Origin: Vicinamibacterales bacterium
Lineage (GTDB): Bacteria > Acidobacteriota > Vicinamibacteria > Vicinamibacterales > UBA8438
NCBI GenBank assembly: GCA_965249105.1
Contig: OZ252219.1
Span: 4,823,108 to 4,887,107 of the forward strand
Length of the DNA: 64,000 nucleotides
Direction: 5' to 3'
Shown piece by piece: positions 56,937 to 64,000 of the stretch. Position 1 is the stretch's first letter. Each line of letters begins with the position of its first letter. The notes under the pieces were generated by a model that searched no databases, was not told where the DNA came from, and saw nothing but the letters and a program-made list of their open reading frames with translations. A program made the position numbers and the translations under genes.

Positions 56937-58607
56937 TTACTCGAGCAGGGTTCCGACTTCGCCGAGCATGAGCTCGCGGTGCGCCCAGAAGGGCAGGTTC
57001 CCCTGCCCGAGCAGCTGGTCGTGAAAACCCTGCAGCGAGAACTTCTCGCCCTGCTTGGACTTGCAGTCCGCACGCAGCTGGAGCAACATCCTCTTACCGA
57101 GGGCATAGAGGACGTATTGCGGGTCGAAGGTTCCCCGTTCAGCCTCGCGCCGGGCCGTGCTTTCCTCGAGGTATGCCTCTTCGCGAAAGAAGCGGACGCC
57201 TTGCTCGACGGAAAGGTCCTCGATGTGCAACCGGATACCTACGATCGTCCGCGCCAGACGAACCAGCGATTCGACCAGTTGGCCGAGTTTGGCTTCGGTG
57301 TTGCCCTTTTCGAACCCGCTGTCGAACATCAGCTGCTCGCTGTAGTGAGCCCAGCCTTCGACAAATGACACGGGCATCAGCAGCGCCGTCTTGCGGAGAG
57401 GCTTTGCGATCGCCCGAACGTGCTCGAAGTGCAGAAAGTGGCCGGGAAACACCTCGTGTATTGAGATCGTGGGCAGCGTCGCCGAATTGAAATCGCGGAG
57501 GTGCTCCTCCTGGCGTTCTGGTGACCACGATGGATCGACGGTCGTGATGTAGTAGTACGCTGGCAGCGTCTTCGACTCGAAGGCGCCGGGCGACCACATG
57601 CTGGCGGACGTCCACCGATAGAACTCCGGCGTCGGCGCGACCCTGACCGCGTCGTGTTCGGGAATCGTCACCAGTCGTCTCTTCCGGATGAAGGCAACCA
57701 GATCCTGCAACTGGCCGTCGACGACACCGAGGAGTTCATTCGCCTGTGGGTGACTGGCCTTGACCTCGCTCCAAACAGCGCGTGCGTCACCTCCGAGACC
57801 GCTTGCCACCTTCGCAAACTCGGCCTGGGTCGCCTTTAGGTCTCGCCCAGCGATCTCGAGCAACTGCTCTGGAGGCACGTCGATGCCGTCGGGGAGCTTG
57901 AGCATTTGGGCGAAGCGGTCACGACCCAACCGGAACGATGCTCGGCTCCGGGGCGCGACAGACTCCTTCAGATGACCGATGTGCTCACGAAGCGCATCAG
58001 CCGCGACGGTCGAGGCGTCGGCCAGGTCACCCAGCAGGTGCATGTCATCCAGGGCCCGAAACGCCTTTGGCAGGTCTCGTTCCACGAACGTCAGCACACC
58101 TTCGAGCGACTCGACTCCCACCTTGACGAAGAGGCCCGGCGGGTCTGTCACGTTCTTGCGGGCGGCCTCCAGCAAACGGGGCGTCTGGCGAAGTTTCGAT
58201 ACGACGCGACGGGCCCGCTCGGTCACCGGTGCGTAGTCGAATAGGACCTGACCGGCGAGGCTACTCGCCAGGGTCTCGGCGTAGTGGATCGGGCTCCGCT
58301 GCCAGGGACGGACCTCCTCGAGCGAAAACAGCCTCGCACGAATGCTGTCAGACAGCACCCGTCGCTCGAGTCGCTCCTCAGATTTCAGGGTGCTCGGGCT
58401 AATTCCTTCGAGACGACGGGCCCACCCGCCAAGTTCGCGGCCACGGGCGTCCACGGCCTCGCGCGAGTAGTCCTCGATCAGGTCATCATGAAGATGGACG
58501 CCGTCGAATGCAGCTTCCGTTGGATGGCTCTCCCGGAGGTAGGCCAGATACTCGTCGACAAAGTGTGACAGCGGTTCTGCCGAATGTGTGGAACGCGATC
58601 GCTTCAT
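56937..58607 (-). CDS. DUF885 family protein
   Basis: HEVFPGHFL, FVEGWAHYSE, YALGK; start refined to MKRSR. Confidence 0.9.
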   Translation of the reverse strand: MKRSRSTHSAEPLSHFVDEYLAYLRESHPTEAAFDGVHLHDDLIEDYSREAVDARGRELGGWARRLEGISPSTLKSEERLERRVLSDSIRARLFSLEEVRPWQRSPIHYAETLASSLAGQVLFDYAPVTERARRVVSKLRQTPRLLEAARKNVTDPPGLFVKVGVESLEGVLTFVERDLPKAFRALDDMHLLGDLADASTVAADALREHIGHLKESVAPRSRASFRLGRDRFAQMLKLPDGIDVPPEQLLEIAGRDLKATQAEFAKVASGLGGDARAVWSEVKASHPQANELLGVVDGQLQDLVAFIRKRRLVTIPEHDAVRVAPTPEFYRWTSASMWSPGAFESKTLPAYYYITTVDPSWSPERQEEHLRDFNSATLPTISIHEVFPGHFLHFEHVRAIAKPLRKTALLMPVSFVEGWAHYSEQLMFDSGFEKGNTEAKLGQLVESLVRLARTIVGIRLHIEDLSVEQGVRFFREEAYLEESTARREAERGTFDPQYVLYALGKRMLLQLRADCKSKQGEKFSLQGFHDQLLGQGNLPFWAHRELMLGEVGTLLE

Positions 58608-58637
58608 GGTTAGCCGTAGGCGGCCGGGGATGCCAAC

Positions 58638-59555
58638 ATGAATGGTACAATACCGCCGCCTCTTCTCTTCATCCTGGTCGTGGCTACACCCCGCCAAACA
58701 CCTCTGTCGACGGCTCGAACCAGCGGGACACTCTATCTAGTGGCCACGCCGATCGGTAATCTCGAGGACATCACCCTGCGTGCTCTTAGAATCCTCAGAG
58801 AGGTCTCGATCATCGCGGCGGAGGATACCCGACGAACTGCCAAGCTCCTACGGCACTTCGACATCAGCACCCGGACGCGGAGCTTTCACGAACACAACGA
58901 GCGAACCCAGACAGGGACGTTGCTCAAGAGACTGGCGACAGGGCAATCAATCGCCGTCGTCACAGACGCCGGAACGCCTCTCCTTTCAGACCCCGGTGCC
59001 AGGCTGGTTGGCGAGGCCTTGCGGGCGGGCTTCCCCGTGCAGGCCATCCCCGGACCCAGCGCGGTACTCGCAGCCCTGGTGGCCTCCGGCCTAGCTGGGT
59101 CCCAGTTCACGTTCGTGGGGTTTCCACCTATTAGGTCAAATGAACGAAAACATTGGTTTAAAGACCTAATTGTTGAGCCTCGACCGGTGGTCCTCTTCGA
59201 GGCACCGCATAGAATCAAGCGATCATTGGCAGACATGCTTGAGGTTTTCGGAGACAGACAGATTGCTGTCTGCCGCGAAATGACAAAGATCCACGAAGAA
59301 TTGGTTGAAGGACCGATCTCTGAGGTGTTGGACCGAATCCTTCCGAAAGGTGAGCTCACAGTCGTCCTGTCCCCAGAGCCTGCAGGTTCTGCGGAGGTAA
59401 ACACAGCTCCAGACTCAAAGACACTGAGTCAAGAATTTGGTGGCTTGACCAAGACTTCCGGCTCAAGACGTGAGGCGGTCAAGGAACTTGCCGGTCGCTA
59501 TGGGCTCAGCGCGCGTGAGACTTACCGAAGACTCGAGGAGGCAAAGAGTAAATAG
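58638..59555 (+). CDS. rsmI: 16S rRNA (C1402-2'-O)-methyltransferase
   Basis: LYLVATPIGNLEDIT, AAEDTR, DAGTP.LSDPG, FEAPHR, REMTKIHEE; start uncertain. Confidence 0.95.
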   Translation: MNGTIPPPLLFILVVATPRQTPLSTARTSGTLYLVATPIGNLEDITLRALRILREVSIIAAEDTRRTAKLLRHFDISTRTRSFHEHNERTQTGTLLKRLATGQSIAVVTDAGTPLLSDPGARLVGEALRAGFPVQAIPGPSAVLAALVASGLAGSQFTFVGFPPIRSNERKHWFKDLIVEPRPVVLFEAPHRIKRSLADMLEVFGDRQIAVCREMTKIHEELVEGPISEVLDRILPKGELTVVLSPEPAGSAEVNTAPDSKTLSQEFGGLTKTSGSRREAVKELAGRYGLSARETYRRLEEAKSK

Positions 59556-59616
59556 GTTGATTGACCTTAGCTTGATACCTTTTGCACATTCTGCTAATCT
59601 GCCACTTCCTAATTCC

Positions 59617-60441
59617 ATGGCAAAAAGACCGCGCGCCAAGAAACCGGCTGGGACGGTCAAGAAGCTGGCGAAAACGCAGGCTAAACCGGCCAAGAAATCG
59701 CCGGTAGGGAAGGCATCGGCTAAGAAGACCGCTGTAAAGAAGAAGGCACCCGCCAAGAAGTCGCCGGTACAGAAGAAGGCGCCGGTGCAGAAGAAGGCGC
59801 CGGTACAGAAGAAGGCACAGGCAAGAAAGAAGGCTCCGGTAAGGAAGACCGGCCGGGCCACCAAAAGTAGACGACCGGTGCGCAAGTCCCCTCCCGGAGG
59901 CGCGAGAGCAACGGCGGCCTCCGAAAGGGCAGCTGAAGCCAGGCGGAAGAAGAGCCTGAAGGCCGTGGCCCTCTACGAGCGAGCACTGGAGACGCTGCAG
60001 AAACGAAGGCTCTCGACCGCTGCCGCGTTGTTTCGACGTGTGATTGGCGAGTTTCCCGACGAGCGTGAGCTCCACGAGCGGTGTCACCGCTATCTTGAAG
60101 TGTGTGTACGCGAGACGACACCGGCTCCGAGACCAGAAACGCTGGAGGAGCGAGTCTACGCGGCGACACTGGCCCTCAACGCCGGCGCCGAGGACAAGGC
60201 CCTTGAACACCTCGAAGCGGCCGTAGCCAAGGAGCCAGACAGCGATCACGTCCAGTACATGCTCGCGGTGGCGCGAGCAGCGGCCGGGGAGACGAAGACG
60301 GCGGTCACCCACCTGCATCGGGCGATCGAGCTGAACCCGGACAACCGATTCCTGGCGCGCCACGAACCCGGCTTCGAGACGCTCCACGAGAATGTGTCGT
60401 TCCGGAAGGCAATCGAGCTCCCGCCAAGCAACGACTCGTGA
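59617..60441 (+). CDS. TPR protein with Lys/Ala/Pro-rich histone-like N-terminus
   Basis: KKAPVQ-type repeats followed by TPR helices (AVTHLHRAIELNP). Confidence 0.75.
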   Translation: MAKRPRAKKPAGTVKKLAKTQAKPAKKSPVGKASAKKTAVKKKAPAKKSPVQKKAPVQKKAPVQKKAQARKKAPVRKTGRATKSRRPVRKSPPGGARATAASERAAEARRKKSLKAVALYERALETLQKRRLSTAAALFRRVIGEFPDERELHERCHRYLEVCVRETTPAPRPETLEERVYAATLALNAGAEDKALEHLEAAVAKEPDSDHVQYMLAVARAAAGETKTAVTHLHRAIELNPDNRFLARHEPGFETLHENVSFRKAIELPPSNDS

Positions 60442-61817
60442 ACCCCCGTCACGTGATCGTGCTCGCGGCCGGAAAGGGCACGCGCATGCGCGCGCGGCGC
60501 CCCAAAGTCCTCCATCGTTTGGCCGGCCAGACCCTGATCGAGCGCGTCCTACGATCGGCGGACGCCCTGTCACCTGCGACCACCACGCTGGTGGTTGGTC
60601 ATGCATCGGACGCGATTCGTGCGGCGCTGACTGACCGTCCACATCTACGATTCGTGCACCAAGAGCCGCAACTGGGGACAGCGCACGCGCTCTTGCAGGG
60701 CCGTTCGGCTCTCGATGGAGCAACCGGCGACCTTGTGGTCCTGTCGGGAGACGTCCCGCGTCTCCGTGCGACGACGCTGAGGGCACTCCTCGACACGCAC
60801 GAACGCGCGGGCAATGTTGCGACGGTCTTGACGACCACGTTGACGCGCCCCTTCGGATATGGCCGCGTTCTTCACTCGAGCGGCGAGATGGTCGGAATCG
60901 TCGAGGAGACAGAGGCCACGCCAGAGCAGCGAAGAATCACGGAGGTCAACGGGGGGGTCTACGTGTTTGCCCTCGCGCCACTCTGGGATGCACTCAACCA
61001 GATCCCCGAGGCGGGACCGCAGCACGAGCGTTATCTTCCGGCGATTGTTCCGATCTATCGCCGTCAGGGACTCCGGGTCGGGACCTTCCGGGCCGCCGAC
61101 CCCGACGAAATCAGAGGCATCAACAGCCAGACCGAGCTGGCGGAAGTGAGCACGAGCGTGAGACAGAGCAAGAACGAAGAGCTGATGGCCGCCGGCGTGA
61201 CAATCGACGACCCGGCGACGACCTATATCGACGACGACGTGAACGTGGGGTCGGACACCGTGATCCATCCGGGGGTCACGCTGGAGGGGCACACGACGGT
61301 CGGCGAGCGCTGCGAGGTGCACTCGGGTGTCCGGGTGGTCAACTCGTCGATCGGGGACGACGTGACAGTCCGGAACCACTGCGTGATCACCGATGCGCAT
61401 CTGGCCTCCGGCGCCCAGGTTGGTCCGTTTGCCCACCTCCGCCCTGGGTCGGTTCTGGAGTCCAGCGCTCGGGTCGGAAACTTCGTCGAGCTGAAGAAGA
61501 CGACCCTCGGTTCCGGTTCAAAGGCCAATCACCTGAGCTACATCGGCGATTCAACGGTGGGGAAGGACGTCAACATCGGCGCCGGCACCATCACCTGCAA
61601 CTACGACGGAACGCACAAGCACCAGACGACGTTGGAGGACGGCGTGTTTGTCGGCAGCGGCACCCAACTCGTCGCGCCCGTCACGGTGGCCAAGGGCGGA
61701 TACGTCGCGGCCGGGTCGTGCATCACCGACGACGTGCCTGCGGGTGCCCTGGCGGTCGCCCGTGGGCAGCAGGTGAACAAACCGGGGTGGGTGGAAAAGA
61801 GGCGCAGTTCCGAGTAG
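60438..61817 (+). CDS. glmU: bifunctional UDP-GlcNAc pyrophosphorylase/GlcN-1-P acetyltransferase
   Basis: LAAGKGTRM, QLGTAHA, GPFAHLRPG, GNFVELK, HLSYIGD, NYDG. Confidence 0.98.
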   Translation: MNPRHVIVLAAGKGTRMRARRPKVLHRLAGQTLIERVLRSADALSPATTTLVVGHASDAIRAALTDRPHLRFVHQEPQLGTAHALLQGRSALDGATGDLVVLSGDVPRLRATTLRALLDTHERAGNVATVLTTTLTRPFGYGRVLHSSGEMVGIVEETEATPEQRRITEVNGGVYVFALAPLWDALNQIPEAGPQHERYLPAIVPIYRRQGLRVGTFRAADPDEIRGINSQTELAEVSTSVRQSKNEELMAAGVTIDDPATTYIDDDVNVGSDTVIHPGVTLEGHTTVGERCEVHSGVRVVNSSIGDDVTVRNHCVITDAHLASGAQVGPFAHLRPGSVLESSARVGNFVELKKTTLGSGSKANHLSYIGDSTVGKDVNIGAGTITCNYDGTHKHQTTLEDGVFVGSGTQLVAPVTVAKGGYVAAGSCITDDVPAGALAVARGQQVNKPGWVEKRRSSE

Positions 61818-61871
61818 ACGCGACCGAGTCGATTGCGCGCAGGCCATCATCCGAACCACACTAGGGCGATT

Positions 61872-63716
61872 ATGTGCGGCATCATTGGTTACATCGGCTC
61901 CAAAGAGGTCGTCCCGGTCTTGGTGGACGGGCTCAGGCGGCTCGAGTATCGCGGCTATGATTCTGCCGGGATTGCGCTCGTTCAACAGGGCCAGGTGGAG
62001 GTCCGACGGAGCGCGGGGAAGCTGGCCCGGCTCGAAGAAGTCATCCGGACCCAACCGGTCAGCGGCAGCTATGGCGTCGGGCATACCCGCTGGGCGACGC
62101 ACGGACGCCCGACAGAAGAGAACGCGCACCCACACCGCGACTGCACCGGTCAGATCGTCGTCGTCCACAACGGCATCATCGAGAACTACCTCGACCTCAA
62201 GCACCAGCTCGAGCAGGAAGGGCATCGGTTCGAAACCGAGACCGACACGGAGGTGGTCGCGCATCTCGTCGAGCACGAGGTGCGCCTCGACGGGTTGGAG
62301 AACGCGGTGCGCCGTGCGCTCTCCCAGCTGCGCGGACTGTTCGGCCTCGTGCTGGTTGCCGCCAGCGACCCCGACAAGATCGTGGCCGTGCGGAACGGGC
62401 CGCCGATCGTCGTGGGGATGGGCGATCAGGAGTTCCTCGTCGCATCCGACATCCCGGCCGTGCTGGGCCACACCCGCGACGTCGTCTTCCTCGGGGACGA
62501 GGAGATGGCCGTGATCACCCGGTCGACGGTGGAGTTCACAGACTTCGACGGGCGGGCGGTCTCGAAGGCTACCGAACGAGTCCAATGGGACCCGGTGATG
62601 GCCGAGAAGGCCGGCTACAAGCACTTCATGCTCAAAGAGATCTTCGAGCAGCCCAGGGCCGTCCAGGAAACCGTGCTTGGCCGAATCTCGGAGGAGCGCG
62701 GCACCGTCCACCTCGGGGAGGTCGATATCTCCCACGATGAGCTGCGTCGCATCGAACAGGTCGTGATCCTCGCCTGTGGCACATCCTGGCACGCTGGGCT
62801 TGTCGGCAAGTTTCTGATCGAGCAGCTCGCGAAGCTCCGCGTCGATGTGGACTACGGCTCCGAGTACCGATATCGGGACCCGCTGGCGGATTCGCGGACG
62901 CTCACCGTCGTGATCACGCAGTCGGGTGAAACGGCCGACACTCTAGCCGCACTCCGAGAGGCACAGGGCAAGGGCGCCACGAGCATCGCCATTTGCAATG
63001 TCGTGGGGAGCATGGCTACCCGCGACGCCGACGGCACCATCTACACCCATGCTGGGCCGGAGATCGGCGTGGCCTCTACCAAGGCCTTTACGGCCCAGCT
63101 AGTGGCCCTCAACCTCCTAGCGCTGTATCTCGCACAGGTACGAGGTACGCTGGCTTCCGACGAAGCCCAGCGGCAGATCGAGGGCCTGACGCAGCTGCCC
63201 GGCTTGCTCCAACACACCCTTCGGTGTGACACGGCGGTCGCGGGCATCGCCAAACGGTTCTACCGCCGCTCCAACTTTTTGTATCTCGGGCGTGGTATCA
63301 ACTATCCCATCGCGCTCGAGGGCGCCCTCAAGCTCAAGGAGATCTCATATATCCACGCCGAAGGCTATCCGGCGGGGGAGATGAAGCATGGGCCCATCGC
63401 GCTGATCGACGAGAACATGCCGGTCGTCGCTCTGGTCCCAAGCGGACCGGTATTCGCAAAGATGATGGGCAACCTGCAAGAGGCCAAGACCCGCGGCGCG
63501 GCGATCCTTGCCGTGACCGATGCCGACCCGGAGGCGTTCAGCGACATTCTCGATCCGGGTCAGGACTGTGTCATCCAGGTTCCCCCCGCACATCGGTTGC
63601 TCAACCCACTCCTCATGGTGGTTCCACTTCAGCTCCTTGCCTACCACATCGCCGTCCTGCGAGGATGTGACGTCGACCAGCCACGCAACCTCGCCAAGAG
63701 CGTCACGGTCGAGTAG
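61872..63716 (+). CDS. glmS: glutamine-fructose-6-phosphate aminotransferase
   Basis: [43 protein letters not shown]. Confidence 0.98.
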   Translation: MCGIIGYIGSKEVVPVLVDGLRRLEYRGYDSAGIALVQQGQVEVRRSAGKLARLEEVIRTQPVSGSYGVGHTRWATHGRPTEENAHPHRDCTGQIVVVHNGIIENYLDLKHQLEQEGHRFETETDTEVVAHLVEHEVRLDGLENAVRRALSQLRGLFGLVLVAASDPDKIVAVRNGPPIVVGMGDQEFLVASDIPAVLGHTRDVVFLGDEEMAVITRSTVEFTDFDGRAVSKATERVQWDPVMAEKAGYKHFMLKEIFEQPRAVQETVLGRISEERGTVHLGEVDISHDELRRIEQVVILACGTSWHAGLVGKFLIEQLAKLRVDVDYGSEYRYRDPLADSRTLTVVITQSGETADTLAALREAQGKGATSIAICNVVGSMATRDADGTIYTHAGPEIGVASTKAFTAQLVALNLLALYLAQVRGTLASDEAQRQIEGLTQLPGLLQHTLRCDTAVAGIAKRFYRRSNFLYLGRGINYPIALEGALKLKEISYIHAEGYPAGEMKHGPIALIDENMPVVALVPSGPVFAKMMGNLQEAKTRGAAILAVTDADPEAFSDILDPGQDCVIQVPPAHRLLNPLLMVVPLQLLAYHIAVLRGCDVDQPRNLAKSVTVE

Positions 63717-63739
63717 AGGGTGCCCCGAGTCCGACGCTC

Positions 63740-64000
63740 GTGAAGTTTCTCGACAACCTCAACCCCGAACAACGACGCGCCGTTCTCCACCGGGAAGGTC
63801 CCCTGCTCATCCTGGCCGGTGCCGGGTCTGGAAAGACTCGGGTCATCTCGTATCGCGCCGCCTACCTCATCGGAGATGGTCACGCCGAGCCCCATGAGAT
63901 CCTGGCGGTCACATTCACCAACAAGGCCGCCGAGGAAATGCGTTCGCGGGTCGAGGAATTGCTGGGATCAGAGTACCCACGTCTGTGGCTCTCGACGTTT
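63740..64000 (+). CDS. uvrD: UvrD/PcrA helicase, 5' part, runs off the window
   Basis: My translation from GTG: [15 protein letters not shown]...[13 protein letters not shown]...[10 protein letters not shown]. Confidence 0.9.
   Translation, partial: MKFLDNLNPEQRRAVLHREGPLLILAGAGSGKTRVISYRAAYLIGDGHAEPHEILAVTFTNKAAEEMRSRVEELLGSEYPRLWLSTF

Noticed and set aside
61551-62792. Long antisense ORFs (also 59506-60786, 41389-42303, 15629-16696, 24501-25514, 33239-34405)
   Set aside because: Shadows of well-supported genes on the opposite strand or in another frame, in high-GC DNA
63716-63740. Tn7-like insertion at attTn7 after glmS
   Set aside because: uvrD starts 23 bp after the glmS stop; the site is empty

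Overview
GC-rich bacterial window. Gene content (DUF1592/DUF1552/ankyrin operons, DUF6152, Oar-like TonB receptor) suggests Acidobacteriota, probably Vicinamibacterales; this is inference. Domain and family names come from motif recognition, not database searches. The right 10 kb is housekeeping: serS, galU, FmdB, DUF885, rsmI, a histone-like/TPR gene, glmU, glmS and the start of uvrD/pcrA. Everything left of a tRNA-Ser(UGA) gene (54038-54127, minus strand) is accessory DNA accreted at that tRNA. A 59-bp copy of the tRNA 3' half at 1196-1254 and an integrase remnant mark a tyrosine-integrase island. Inside it is the main finding: a tandem array of four cassettes of about 35, 7, 4.2 and 4.2 kb. 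Each is built as R-end + cargo + L-end, and they are joined at five copies of TGGCGG, the reverse complement of the tRNA CCGCCA terminus (3502, 38716, 45704, 49883, 54038). Each internal L-core-R junction (about 560 bp) is bounded by long inverted repeats with 10-bp iterons. No intact recombinase is present, only a DUF2924 remnant. Cassette 1 carries periplasmic heme-c and beta-propeller proteins, two DUF1592/DUF1552 modules, a homogentisate pathway lacking maiA, and a PHM-like Cu monooxygenase with a PAL-like lyase. Cassettes 2-4 carry an ORF-less group II intron, IS110/IS3/IS5 pieces, three near-identical IS5/IS1182-like elements with a DUF6788 passenger, an interrupted HNH gene, and short captured gene fragments (RecD2, IS91-type transposase, P-type ATPase, glnA).
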